Assembly (NCBI GenBank): GCA_965662235.1
Contig: CBFIGY010000015.1
Coordinates: forward strand, 3,641-67,640
Length of the DNA stretch: 64,000 nucleotides
Origin: an uncultured bacterium
GTDB taxonomy: Bacteria > SAR324 > NAC60-12
Reading direction: 5' to 3'
The position numbers and the translations under genes were made by a program. Positions 7,976 through 16,712 of this stretch are shown piece by piece (within the stretch, counting starts at the first letter, position 1; each line of letters begins with the position of its first letter). The notes under the pieces were generated by a model, which was given only the letters and a program-made list of their open reading frames with translations, ran no database searches and was not told the origin of the DNA.

Positions 7976-9442
7976 TCAGGCGACCTGTGCCGAGGCAGCA
8001 GGGGCATCTTCCGAGGAAGTCAGCTGGGCTTCCGGGGCTTTCTTGATCGTCATCCCAATGTTGTACATGAACATCAGGAAGCCGCTGAGGTAGAGGGTTC
8101 CTCCCACGGCCCGCAGGCTCCAGTACGGCACCATCGCCCGGACGGTGTCCAAGAAGCTGTAGGCCAGGTTGCCGAACTGATCCGTGGTTCGCCACATGGA
8201 GCCCTGCGTGATGCCGGCAATCCACATGCTGGTGAAGTAGAACACAATGCCCAGGGTCTGCACCCAAAACTGGTTTTCTGCCAGCTTGACGGAGTAAAGA
8301 CGGGTGTTGTACATGCGTGGTGTCATGTGATAAATCGCGCCCATGATCGTGAAGCCCACCCAACCAAGTGCGCCGTTGTGAACGTGTCCGACAATCCAGT
8401 CCGTGAAGTGGGCAATGGCGTTCACCGACTTGATCGCCTGCACTGGACCCTCAAGGGTCGCAAAGCCGTAGAAGGTGCTCCCGATGACCAGCAGCTTGGC
8501 AATGGGGTCAGTCTTGAGCTGCTCCCACTTGCCGGACATCGTCAACAGGAGGTTCACCATGGAGCCCCAAGACGGAATGATCAGGACCAGGGAGAAGACC
8601 ATGCCCAGAGTCTGGACCCAGTCAGGAACCGTGGAGTAAATAAGGTGGTGCGGACCCGCCCAGAGGTAGACGAAGATCAGGCCCCAGAAGGACCACAGCG
8701 ACAGGCGGTAGGAGTAAACCGGTTGGTTGGCCTGCTTCGGGATGAAGTAGTAGGAGATGGCAATGATCGGCACCGTCAGCACGAAGGCCACGGCGTTGTG
8801 CCCAAACCACCACTGCACCTGCGCATCATTGGTGCCCGCATACATGGAAACGGAATGCCAGAACTTGCCGGTGCCGGTGACAAACCAGGTCGGTACTGCC
8901 AAGCCGTTGAAGAGGTACAGCATGCCCACGCCCAAGAAGCTGGCCATGAAGTACCACAGCGACACATAGAGCGTTTTTTCCTTCCGAGCCCCGAGCATGG
9001 CAAACATGTGAGCGCCCCACATCAGCCACATCACGACCACCACCACGTCCAGCCACCAGGGCAGCTCATGGTACTCTTTGGAGGACGAGTGTCCGGCCAT
9101 CAGGGTGTAGGCCGCCAGCACAATGATGAGGTTGAACGTCGCCAAGTGCGCCTTGGCCAGTCCCGGAAGGACCATGCGGATCTTCAGCACCCGCTGAGAC
9201 ACGTAATACCAGGCCGCAAAGATCCCGGAGAGCGTAAAGCCAAAGATGACGGCGTTGGTGTGCAACGGCCGCAGGCGGTTGAAGCTCAACCAGGGAAGGT
9301 CGGCGTTCAGCTCCGGAAAGACCAACTCAAATGCGAGGGTCAGTCCGACACTCATGCCGACAACGCCCCACAACAGGGCCGATAAAACAAATCCTTTGGC
9401 TACTGAGTAGTCGTATTCGGTAAAGGATTGCGTGGAATTCAT
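7976..9442 (-). CDS. ccoN: cbb3-type cytochrome c oxidase subunit I
   Basis: 12-TM heme-copper oxidase fold. His ligand motifs WWFGHNAVAF, WAGPHHLIY and GHVHNGALGW. GGAGA SD. Confidence 0.95.
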   Translation of the reverse strand: MNSTQSFTEYDYSVAKGFVLSALLWGVVGMSVGLTLAFELVFPELNADLPWLSFNRLRPLHTNAVIFGFTLSGIFAAWYYVSQRVLKIRMVLPGLAKAHLATFNLIIVLAAYTLMAGHSSSKEYHELPWWLDVVVVVMWLMWGAHMFAMLGARKEKTLYVSLWYFMASFLGVGMLYLFNGLAVPTWFVTGTGKFWHSVSMYAGTNDAQVQWWFGHNAVAFVLTVPIIAISYYFIPKQANQPVYSYRLSLWSFWGLIFVYLWAGPHHLIYSTVPDWVQTLGMVFSLVLIIPSWGSMVNLLLTMSGKWEQLKTDPIAKLLVIGSTFYGFATLEGPVQAIKSVNAIAHFTDWIVGHVHNGALGWVGFTIMGAIYHMTPRMYNTRLYSVKLAENQFWVQTLGIVFYFTSMWIAGITQGSMWRTTDQFGNLAYSFLDTVRAMVPYWSLRAVGGTLYLSGFLMFMYNIGMTIKKAPEAQLTSSEDAPAASAQVA

Positions 9443-9665
9443 GACGCGTCTCCAACGGTGAAACGGGTTAAAATGTACCCGCCTACTCTAGGGGGATGCC
9501 CCCGGATCGACCATCGGTAAATCTACGAAACAAACTGATGCAGAAAAGAGAAACCTCTCATGAACTGGTGAATGTTCCGGGGTCTGGTACGCTGAAAGGA
9601 GGCCGTTTGCCGGGTTCCGCAACTGCGCGAAACCTCGGTGCACCGAGATCAACAATGAGGTGGGA

Positions 9666-10340
9666 ATGAGGTTACTGCTCCTAGAGGATGAACAAAAGGT
9701 CGCAGAGTTTGTGCAGAAGGGCATGGAGGAAGCCGGCTTTGTCGTGGAACGCGTGGAGCGCGGTGAAGACGCCTTGAGCCTGGCGCTGACGGAAGACTTT
9801 GACGTGGCCGTGCTCGACGTCATGGTTCCCGGTGTGGACGGCTTGACGGTCATCCGTAAGCTACGGGAATCGCAAAACCGGCTTCCGGTGCTGGTTCTGA
9901 GCGCCAAGCACACGCTGGAAGACCGGGTGGCGGGACTGGAGCAGGGGGCGGATGACTACCTGGTGAAGCCCTTTTCCTTCACGGAACTCCTGGTCCGGGT
10001 GCAGGCGCTCATCCGGCGATCCTCCCAGAAGGCAGAGCCCACCTCCCTGCGCTTTGCCGACCTAGAAATGAACCTCCTCAGCCGCGAGGTCAAACGGTCT
10101 GGACAGAGCCTCAGCCTGCAACCTCGGGAGTTCAGTCTGCTGGAGTACTTCCTGCGGCATCCGGAACGGGTGCTCTCCAAAACGTTCATCCTGGAACACG
10201 TGTGGGGGTACGACTTTGATCCGCAGACCAATGTGGTGGATGTGCTGGTCTCACGGCTCCGGAGCAAGGTGGACAAGGACTTTGACACCAAGCTGATCCA
10301 TACGCTCCGGGGGGTAGGATATGTTCTTAAGCAGAGCTAA
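9666..10340 (+). CDS. OmpR-family response regulator, heavy-metal (CusR/CopR)-like
   Basis: Receiver domain (VAVLDVMVPGVDG, LSAK, YLVKPF) plus winged helix (LQPREFSLLEYFLRHPERVLSK). The ATG at 9666 with a GAGG SD is preferred over the GTG at 9660. Confidence 0.9.
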   Translation: MRLLLLEDEQKVAEFVQKGMEEAGFVVERVERGEDALSLALTEDFDVAVLDVMVPGVDGLTVIRKLRESQNRLPVLVLSAKHTLEDRVAGLEQGADDYLVKPFSFTELLVRVQALIRRSSQKAEPTSLRFADLEMNLLSREVKRSGQSLSLQPREFSLLEYFLRHPERVLSKTFILEHVWGYDFDPQTNVVDVLVSRLRSKVDKDFDTKLIHTLRGVGYVLKQS

Positions 10341-11796
10341 GCGGCTCTGGCCTCGGAGCCTCCGGGCTCGGTTTACCATCCTGGGCGCCGTCCTGTTTCT
10401 CATCGCAACCGTCTTTATCGTCTTCTTCTCCGCCTTTTTGCTGCACCGGGAGTTTGAGTCCCGCGTTCAGGAGGCCGTCCTGGGGCAGCTGGACCGCTAC
10501 GCGGCCTTCAACCGTCAGTCACCGGTACGCCTCCTCCGGACCCTAGAACGCGAGCATGAGCAGAACCGGCTCCGTGGCACCTGGGTCCGCTGGCAAAACG
10601 TGTCCGGGGTCCTTTGGGAAACGATCCCGGCCGACTGGGAGCAGGACCGCGAGGCCCTGGAGTCGGTGCTGGTGGTGCACCTCAAGTCCGGAGACGACTG
10701 GAGCCGTGCCACCCGGCAGCGTTATGAGCTTCCGGACTGGGCCAGCGTTGATGAAGACCACCACCCCATCCAGTTCGAGGAAGAGCTGCTGATGGCGTCT
10801 CGACTGCTTCCGGATGGCTCGGTGCTGGTTGTTGGGGAATCGCTGGCTCGGTTTCAGGTCTTCATCCAGGTGTTTGGGCGGAGCATCTTCCGGGGCGTGT
10901 TGATCATTGGCAGCTTCAGTGTGCTGGTGGGGTGGTGGCTGTCACGACGCTTGGTGCGTCCTCTGCGGAACCTGGTCCGGACCACTGAGACTGTGGCTTC
11001 AGGAACCCTCAGTGCGCGAGTGCCGGAACCGGATAGCACGGGTGAGCTGGAAGAACTGACCCAGCTCTTCAACCGCATGCTCGACCGCATTGAACGACTG
11101 GTCAGCACCATGAACGAGTCCCTCGACAATGTTGCCCACGACCTGCGGACCCCGCTCACCAAGATCCGGGCTTCGGTGGAATCGGTGCTTCAGCGCCCGG
11201 ACCCGAGTGCCGAGGAACTGCGGGAGGCGCTGATGGACACAGCAGAGGAAGCCGAGAAGATCGGGACGCTCCTCAATGCGCTCATGAACCTTGCTGAAGC
11301 GCAGGCCGGAACCCTGAAGCTGCAGAAGCGGACCGTGGACCTTCGGCAGATTGCAGAAGAGGTTTATGGGCTCTATGAAATGCTCTCTGAAGAACAAGGG
11401 GTGACGCTGGTTCTGGAGCGGCCCGACGTGCCCGTGAACGTTGAGGCCGACCCCATCCGACTCCGGCAGGCCGTGGCCAACCTAGTGGACAATGCTCTGA
11501 AGTTTACGGAAACAGGGGGCCTGACCACCCTCTCGGTAGCGATGACAGCGACAGGAGCTCAATTGGTGGTGACCGACACAGGGGTTGGCATTCCTCCGGA
11601 AGACCAGCCGCGTATTTTTGAGCGACTCTACCGGGCGGACAAGAGTCGTGCAACCCAGGGGCTTGGTTTGGGGCTCAGCCTAGTGCAGGCGATTGTCCGG
11701 GCGCATGAGGGAACCATTCAGGTGAAAAGCGTTCCCGGAGAGGGCAGTCGGTTCTGTCTGGAGTTGCCCCTTTCAGCGCAGGTTCTTCCGGGGTAA
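10321..11796 (+). CDS. Sensor histidine kinase, heavy-metal sensor (CusS/CopS)-like
   Basis: Two TM helices flank a roughly 150-aa periplasmic domain. HAMP domain, H-box NVAHDLRTPL, N-box VDNALKF, G-boxes DTGVGI and GLGLGLS. Overlaps the regulator gene by 20 nt. Confidence 0.88.
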   Translation: MFLSRAKRLWPRSLRARFTILGAVLFLIATVFIVFFSAFLLHREFESRVQEAVLGQLDRYAAFNRQSPVRLLRTLEREHEQNRLRGTWVRWQNVSGVLWETIPADWEQDREALESVLVVHLKSGDDWSRATRQRYELPDWASVDEDHHPIQFEEELLMASRLLPDGSVLVVGESLARFQVFIQVFGRSIFRGVLIIGSFSVLVGWWLSRRLVRPLRNLVRTTETVASGTLSARVPEPDSTGELEELTQLFNRMLDRIERLVSTMNESLDNVAHDLRTPLTKIRASVESVLQRPDPSAEELREALMDTAEEAEKIGTLLNALMNLAEAQAGTLKLQKRTVDLRQIAEEVYGLYEMLSEEQGVTLVLERPDVPVNVEADPIRLRQAVANLVDNALKFTETGGLTTLSVAMTATGAQLVVTDTGVGIPPEDQPRIFERLYRADKSRATQGLGLGLSLVQAIVRAHEGTIQVKSVPGEGSRFCLELPLSAQVLPG

Positions 11797-11806
11797 GGAG
11801 GCGCTT

Positions 11807-12331
11807 TTGCTTGCAGACTTCCCCGGGTTTGCCTATAACAGGGCCCTTTGTGAGCGGTCCTCAATGAGGATGGCAAGCGCGAACCACGATCACCCCTTCT
11901 TGAGAGTGTGGATGAAAACCGTATGGGTGTCAGGCCTGCTGCTGCTGGCTGTGCACGTGTCTCCCCTGTGGGCCAACGATGCTGCGGCAGAGGCCTTCCA
12001 GGAGTACTTGGATTTTGCGACCTATGAAGCGGGCATCATGGTGCCTCAGCAGCTGACGAAGGAAATTTTTGAGTCAGCGACCTTTGTGGACACGCGGGAC
12101 CTAGCGCAGTATGAACAGGAGCACATTCCGGGTGCCCGGCACATCGAATGGCGCGAGCTGGTTTCTCGCCGGGAGGAACTGCCCGCGGACGGGCTGGTGG
12201 TGCTGTACTGCAATACCGGAAGCCTCTCTGCGCAAGGGGCCTTTGCCCTGAGGGTGCTGGGACAGGAAAATGTAGTGGTCCTGCAAACCGGACTCATTGG
12301 TTGGAAAGCCGACGCGCCTTATCGTCCCTGA
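11807..12331 (+). CDS. Rhodanese-domain sulfurtransferase, probably periplasmic
   Basis: Active-site loop LYCNTGSLSAQGA. The start is uncertain: the track uses a TTG at 11807, while the ATG at 11912 gives the signal-like MKTVWVSGLLLLAVHVSPLWA. Confidence 0.75.
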   Translation: MLADFPGFAYNRALCERSSMRMASANHDHPFLRVWMKTVWVSGLLLLAVHVSPLWANDAAAEAFQEYLDFATYEAGIMVPQQLTKEIFESATFVDTRDLAQYEQEHIPGARHIEWRELVSRREELPADGLVVLYCNTGSLSAQGAFALRVLGQENVVVLQTGLIGWKADAPYRP

Positions 12332-12363
12332 AAAATGGGCGAACGCTTAATGTGAATCCGTTC

Positions 12364-12391
12364 TTCACACAGCGTTAACACGTTCTTAACA
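12364..12391 (+). promoter_or_regulatory. Pho-box-like array: TTCACA-N5-TTAACA-N5-TTAACA (three direct repeats, 11-bp periodicity)
   Basis: Read directly: repeats at 12364..12369, 12375..12380 and 12386..12391, about 90 bp upstream of the pstS-like ATG. Tandem hexamers one helical turn apart are typical of PhoB/PhoP (OmpR-family) sites. Confidence 0.45.
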
Positions 12392-12480
12392 AAAGCCCTC
12401 TATCGTGGTTATCTCATGCAGATGCATGAGGAGAGCAACACGCTGTTGCCTGAATTCACAACCTCGACGAGAGCATTTCT

Positions 12481-13452
12481 ATGATCCGCAAGTTTGCTGC
12501 AGTGGCTGCTGGTGCCCTGCTCCTCTCTACCGCCGCTCAGGCTCGTGACCAGATCCAGATTGTGGGATCGTCCACCGTGTACCCGTTCACCACCATTGTG
12601 GCTGAAAAGCTGGGGCAAAAAGGCTTCAAAACGCCGATTGTGGAAAGCACCGGAACCGGCGGCGGCATGAAGCTGTTCTGCGCCGGCGTCGGCCCGAACT
12701 TCCCGGACATGACCAACGCGTCCCGCGCCATCAAGGGTTCCGAAAAGGAACTGTGCGCCAGCAACGGTGTCACGGACATCATTGAACTCCAGGTGGGGAA
12801 CGACGGCATCGCGTTCGCCAACAGCGTGAAGGCGCAGAAGCTGAACTTCACCGCGGAGCAGCTGTGGATGGCCATGGCAGAAAAAGGCCCGAAGCCCACC
12901 CGCTGGAACGAGATTGACCCGGCGCTGCCGAATGTTGAAATCAAGATCCTGGCACCGCCTCCCACCTCCGGAACCCGCGACGCTTGGAACTCCCTCATCA
13001 TGAGCAAGGGCTGCGACTCGGCGGTCAAGAGTGCTGACAAGGACGAGTGCGAGCTCTTCCGCGAAGATGGCGCCGTTGAAGAAGCCGGTGAGAACGACAC
13101 CCTGATCGTGAACCGCCTTGTGGCTGATCCGGAAGCCTTCGGCATCTTCGGCTTCAGCTTCTTGGACCAGAACCAGGACCGCATCCAGGGTTCTTCCATC
13201 AATGGCGTTGACATCAGCCTCGACACCATCCAGACCTACGAGTACCCGATCGCCCGCCCGCTCTTCTTCTACGTCAAGAAGGCGCACATTGGTGTGATCC
13301 CGGGCATGAAGGAAATGCTGGACGAGTACGTCAGCGACGCAGCCACCGGTGAGTACGGCTACCTCGGTGACGCTGGCCTGGTGCCGCACTCTGCAGCCAA
13401 AGAAGCTGAGATGCGCAAGCGCGTTCAGGCTCTGACCACACTGAGCATGTAA
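12481..13452 (+). CDS. pstS: PstS-family periplasmic phosphate-binding protein (orphan; no pstCAB adjacent)
   Basis: Signal peptide MIRKFAAVAAGALLLSTAAQA. IVGSSTVYPF, ESTGTGGG and PPPTSGTRD are typical of type-2 PBP phosphate binders. Confidence 0.85.
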   Translation: MIRKFAAVAAGALLLSTAAQARDQIQIVGSSTVYPFTTIVAEKLGQKGFKTPIVESTGTGGGMKLFCAGVGPNFPDMTNASRAIKGSEKELCASNGVTDIIELQVGNDGIAFANSVKAQKLNFTAEQLWMAMAEKGPKPTRWNEIDPALPNVEIKILAPPPTSGTRDAWNSLIMSKGCDSAVKSADKDECELFREDGAVEEAGENDTLIVNRLVADPEAFGIFGFSFLDQNQDRIQGSSINGVDISLDTIQTYEYPIARPLFFYVKKAHIGVIPGMKEMLDEYVSDAATGEYGYLGDAGLVPHSAAKEAEMRKRVQALTTLSM

Positions 13453-13460
13453 GCTCTTCG

Positions 13461-13486
13461 GGGTGGCAGGTCCTCTGCCACCCTTT
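13461..13486 (+). terminator. Rho-independent terminator after pstS
   Basis: GGGTGGCAG-gtcct-CTGCCACCC followed by TTT, beginning 9 nt after the stop codon. Confidence 0.6.
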
Positions 13487-13631
13487 CCCTCCGCCCTCGG
13501 GGCTCCGCACACGCCTTTCTTCCTTCAAACTCCTTTCTCACAAGCCACTCTCCCGCTCGTTCTTCTTGCAGGTGTGGGGGAACCTTTGCATGCTAGCAAG
13601 CAGCTGCGCCCCAACCCTTTGTGAGAACAAC

Positions 13632-14075
13632 ATGACCTTTTGGAAGCCCCTTCTGCTGGGATCCCTGGCCCTAAGCCTTTCCAGCTGCCTTGTCTTGCCT
13701 CAAACGGAACCGAAGGCTCAGGACTGCGAACTGGCCACACGGAGCTGGACGCTGACGGTGGTGAACGCGGATGTTGACGCCCAAGTGACCCTGAACGAGA
13801 TGCAGCGGCTTTCGGCGTCTGACTGCGATCGTCCGGAGTGCCTGATCCTAGTGGCACCGGCCTTGGCGGTTTCAGCCGGGTCTGCCATTGTTTCCGGATC
13901 GGTGATGGTCGTGGGGAACTCACTGCACTGGTTGGAGCGTCAGGGACGCTGTGACGACAGCACCACCCGACAGGCCGTGAGCGTCATGCGAGGCTCACTG
14001 GAGTCAGTCGGCGGGTGGGTGCTGGAGACGGGAGGAGACGTGATGGACTGGTTTCAGGAGCAGGCAGGGCTCTAA
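13632..14075 (+). CDS. Small lipoprotein, unknown function (147 aa)
   Basis: MTFWKPLLLGSLALSLSSC lipobox when started at the ATG at 13632 (the track start at 13566 lacks a signal). Its end overlaps the convergent cytochrome gene by 4 nt. Confidence 0.6.
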   Translation: MTFWKPLLLGSLALSLSSCLVLPQTEPKAQDCELATRSWTLTVVNADVDAQVTLNEMQRLSASDCDRPECLILVAPALAVSAGSAIVSGSVMVVGNSLHWLERQGRCDDSTTRQAVSVMRGSLESVGGWVLETGGDVMDWFQEQAGL

Positions 14076-15415
14076 GGCTCCTTGCCGTGCTGAATCTTGG
14101 GCCAGTAGGTCTCGAAGTTGAAGCTGGGGGAGTGACTGCCGACGTGACACGAGGTGCAGGCATTTGTAGCCACCTGTGGCATCTTGACCGCCTCCGGATT
14201 GGCCAAGTGGGCCCGGGCGGGTCCGTGGCAGTTTTCACACTGAACGTTCATCAGGTGCGGTGTGAGCTGAGGGCTGAGGAATCCATTTTTGCCCACAAAC
14301 GCCTGCACCTCAGGAGAAAGTGAGCTTCCGGAGGTGGGCTGCCACGGCTTCAGGCCGACAACATGGCATTCCAAGCACTCCGGATCAAAGTGCTTTCCCT
14401 TGGCTTCCAGAGTGGCAAAGGCGTGTGCGTGTCGGCTGCCCTTCCAGACCTTGGCTGCTTCAGCATGGCAGGCTTCACAGACCGCGGCTCCGACAAAAGG
14501 TGACTGCTGCTGCTGTTGCTCCATGCGGTCGAGATTGGTGAAGAACAGTTCCTTGACGCGGTCATCATACCGCTGGAACGCTTGGGTGAGCTGCGGATCA
14601 TCCGGAACACTGCGCCTGAGCCAGTCCACGCCAAACTGAGGCGTGGCCGTGACCTCGCCCGTGGCCTGAAACTGTTGCGTATCCGCCTGCCATACTCCCT
14701 GCAGCAGCCCCTGTCCCTTGGTAGGAATCATCGCCACGGTTCCGGCCTCGGTTGTCCGGGTCATCACCTGCTTCAACTCATCTGCGTTGGTGCTTCCAGA
14801 GAGAATCAGGTCAAACTGCCCGGACTGCTGAAACTGCATCAGCTCGGCGTCGGTTCCGCGAAACAGAAGGATTTCATATGCATCGGAGCGTGTCCACTGT
14901 TCCAGCGCTTGGGCCACACCATGGACCGCGGGCGCCTCATTCTCATTCTGATAGATCAGCGTAGGGGACAAGAAACCGCGGACCCGCGCCGGAGTGCCCT
15001 GGAGCTCCAGCTGAACTTCCTGTTGAAAGGGCAGGGTCCCGTTTTGGTTGCTGAGGAAGTACGGCAGGTCTTCTGCGAGCGCGTCGAGGCCATAGAGCCA
15101 CTCGTTGGGCCCGACCAGGATCACACTCGGGCCCATCTGCCGGAGCGCGGTGTGAAGCACCTCCACCTTGAGGTTCCCCTGCTCCGAGGGCTCCGGAAAG
15201 TTGTTGCCGAGGTCCAGGTACACCACCGGTCCAGAGGCCTGCTTCTGTTGCAGGAAGGTGGCCCGCCGGAGCAAACCGCCCATGTCCCCTTCTTCCGCAC
15301 AGCCGCAGGGTTTGATCTCCCCCCGTAGGTCTCCGGACATGATCAGATCCGCTCCGAAGAGGGGAACCGTTGTCAGCAGAAAAAGGCCGAAGGCACTGAC
15401 CAGTTGGCGGATCAT
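14072..15415 (-). CDS. Periplasmic tetraheme c-type cytochrome (c554-like C-terminal module) with a roughly 300-aa N-terminal metallophosphatase-like domain that appears degenerate
   Basis: Signal peptide. Four CxxCH motifs: CEACH, CLECH, CENCH, CTSCH. The N-terminus reads SGDLRGEIKPCGC where active metallophosphatases carry D-x-H-G. Confidence 0.85.
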   Translation of the reverse strand: MIRQLVSAFGLFLLTTVPLFGADLIMSGDLRGEIKPCGCAEEGDMGGLLRRATFLQQKQASGPVVYLDLGNNFPEPSEQGNLKVEVLHTALRQMGPSVILVGPNEWLYGLDALAEDLPYFLSNQNGTLPFQQEVQLELQGTPARVRGFLSPTLIYQNENEAPAVHGVAQALEQWTRSDAYEILLFRGTDAELMQFQQSGQFDLILSGSTNADELKQVMTRTTEAGTVAMIPTKGQGLLQGVWQADTQQFQATGEVTATPQFGVDWLRRSVPDDPQLTQAFQRYDDRVKELFFTNLDRMEQQQQQSPFVGAAVCEACHAEAAKVWKGSRHAHAFATLEAKGKHFDPECLECHVVGLKPWQPTSGSSLSPEVQAFVGKNGFLSPQLTPHLMNVQCENCHGPARAHLANPEAVKMPQVATNACTSCHVGSHSPSFNFETYWPKIQHGKEP

Positions 15416-16692
15416 TCGTATTCAGAAACGCAAAGAAGTTCTCGGAACGATACCAGCCCGTCTCCTGCCACACTGTCTTCCTGATCGAGGTCATTCATGT
15501 TGCTGACACCGGTGGCAATGCTGGGGAGCGCGGCTTCATAGCTGAAGGTGTAGCCGGATGCCGACTTGTAGACCTTCCGGAGGCTGGTAATCGTTGGACC
15601 TATGTTTGTGGTCGGTGCGATGATGTTAGGATCGACATTATTCTGAATCTCTGTCAGAGGCACAAGGTTGCGCTGCCTTCCCCCAGTCAGTTCGGCAAGC
15701 GTCGTTGAGTTGTCTGCCGAGTTCTTGGTGACAAAGAAGACTTTGTCGAACTCATCGGTTGCCGTGCAAGCAGTACCGTTTTTCCTCTCCAGGCCATTGT
15801 CAAGGGGCTGAGTCGATTCCAGCAGATCCGTCCGGAAGGAGCTGTCTGCAGCAACGCCCATTTCAGCAAAGTCGCTATTGAGAGACTCCGTTGCTGTCAC
15901 AATGCTGGTAGCCAAACCGGTTGAAAGGTCCGCGTTGATCGCCTGAGTCAAGTCAGTGACATTGTCAACCTTCAAGAAAGCAATCATGGTGCTGGGGGTT
16001 CCGAGAGGACAGCTCCCCTGAATAAGAGAGGCATTATCGACATAATCACCGTAATCCGTACCAAACGGAACACACTGAGCGCCATTTTGAACGTAGCGGG
16101 TCCCATTGATGACGACCTCGAAGGTGGCATTATCGATGGAAAGCACCGGGATCGTGACATTGTTCAGGCTTCCGGCACCGGTGAAGTTATCAATCTCCGT
16201 ATTGGAGATGTCTCCATCTCGGGGAGATCGGTCCATGGTCCCATAGACGGTGTAAAGCAGGTCTGCGAGGTTGGCAAACATAGACACTTCACAGTCTCCG
16301 TTGGCGCAGCTTCGGCTTCCGGTGCGCTTGACCGCGTTGGTGGTGCAGCGGCTGCTTGACGTAATGTTGTCGGAGCCAACAAGGCACAACGCGTTGGTAA
16401 TGTACTTGCGGTTGCCTGCACTATAGTCTGTCGCGTTGTCGAGGTTTTGGATATTCAGCGCCGTATTGAGGTTGTCCGTGGCCCCCTCCTTCAGGAGGTT
16501 GCTCACCGTAATGCCCGCCTTCCCCAAGTAGGCGCTGGCTTTTTCGTAGTTGGTGCAGTCACCGGCGATGACCGCGTCAAACTGAGAGTTGTCTAGGTCG
16601 ATGCTGCAGCCGGCAGCCGTTTCCTGAGACTCTCCGCAGGCCGTGAGGAGGAGGGTCGCTCCGGCAAGAAGGAGAAGAAGTGAACGTTTCAT
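15412..16692 (-). CDS. Lipoprotein, unknown function; Asn/Thr/Ser/Asp-rich, multiple Cys, low GC
   Basis: MKRSLLLLLAGATLLLTAC lipobox. ATGA overlap with the downstream cytochrome gene. Hand-counted 60-nt stretches reach only about 43% GC. Confidence 0.75.
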   Translation of the reverse strand: MKRSLLLLLAGATLLLTACGESQETAAGCSIDLDNSQFDAVIAGDCTNYEKASAYLGKAGITVSNLLKEGATDNLNTALNIQNLDNATDYSAGNRKYITNALCLVGSDNITSSSRCTTNAVKRTGSRSCANGDCEVSMFANLADLLYTVYGTMDRSPRDGDISNTEIDNFTGAGSLNNVTIPVLSIDNATFEVVINGTRYVQNGAQCVPFGTDYGDYVDNASLIQGSCPLGTPSTMIAFLKVDNVTDLTQAINADLSTGLATSIVTATESLNSDFAEMGVAADSSFRTDLLESTQPLDNGLERKNGTACTATDEFDKVFFVTKNSADNSTTLAELTGGRQRNLVPLTEIQNNVDPNIIAPTTNIGPTITSLRKVYKSASGYTFSYEAALPSIATGVSNMNDLDQEDSVAGDGLVSFRELLCVSEYE

Positions 16693-16712
16693 GCGAGTAC
16701 CAAGCTAGAGAG

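Noticed and set aside
7793-9385. 530-aa plus-strand ORF
   Set aside because: It is a shadow ORF antisense to ccoN/ccoO with low-complexity His/Arg/Gly/Pro-rich composition. The ccoN frame carries all the heme-copper oxidase motifs.
9443-9659. Search for an FNR/Anr box (TTGAT-N4-ATCAA) upstream of ccoN
   Set aside because: Only an isolated ATCAA half-site (near 9647) and short GC palindromes (GGGGGATGCCCCC, CGGTGCACCG) were seen. There is no convincing full site, so no feature is called.
12409-13512. 367-aa minus-strand ORF
   Set aside because: It is antisense to the PstS-type gene, which has a signal peptide, family motifs, an upstream repeat array and a terminator.
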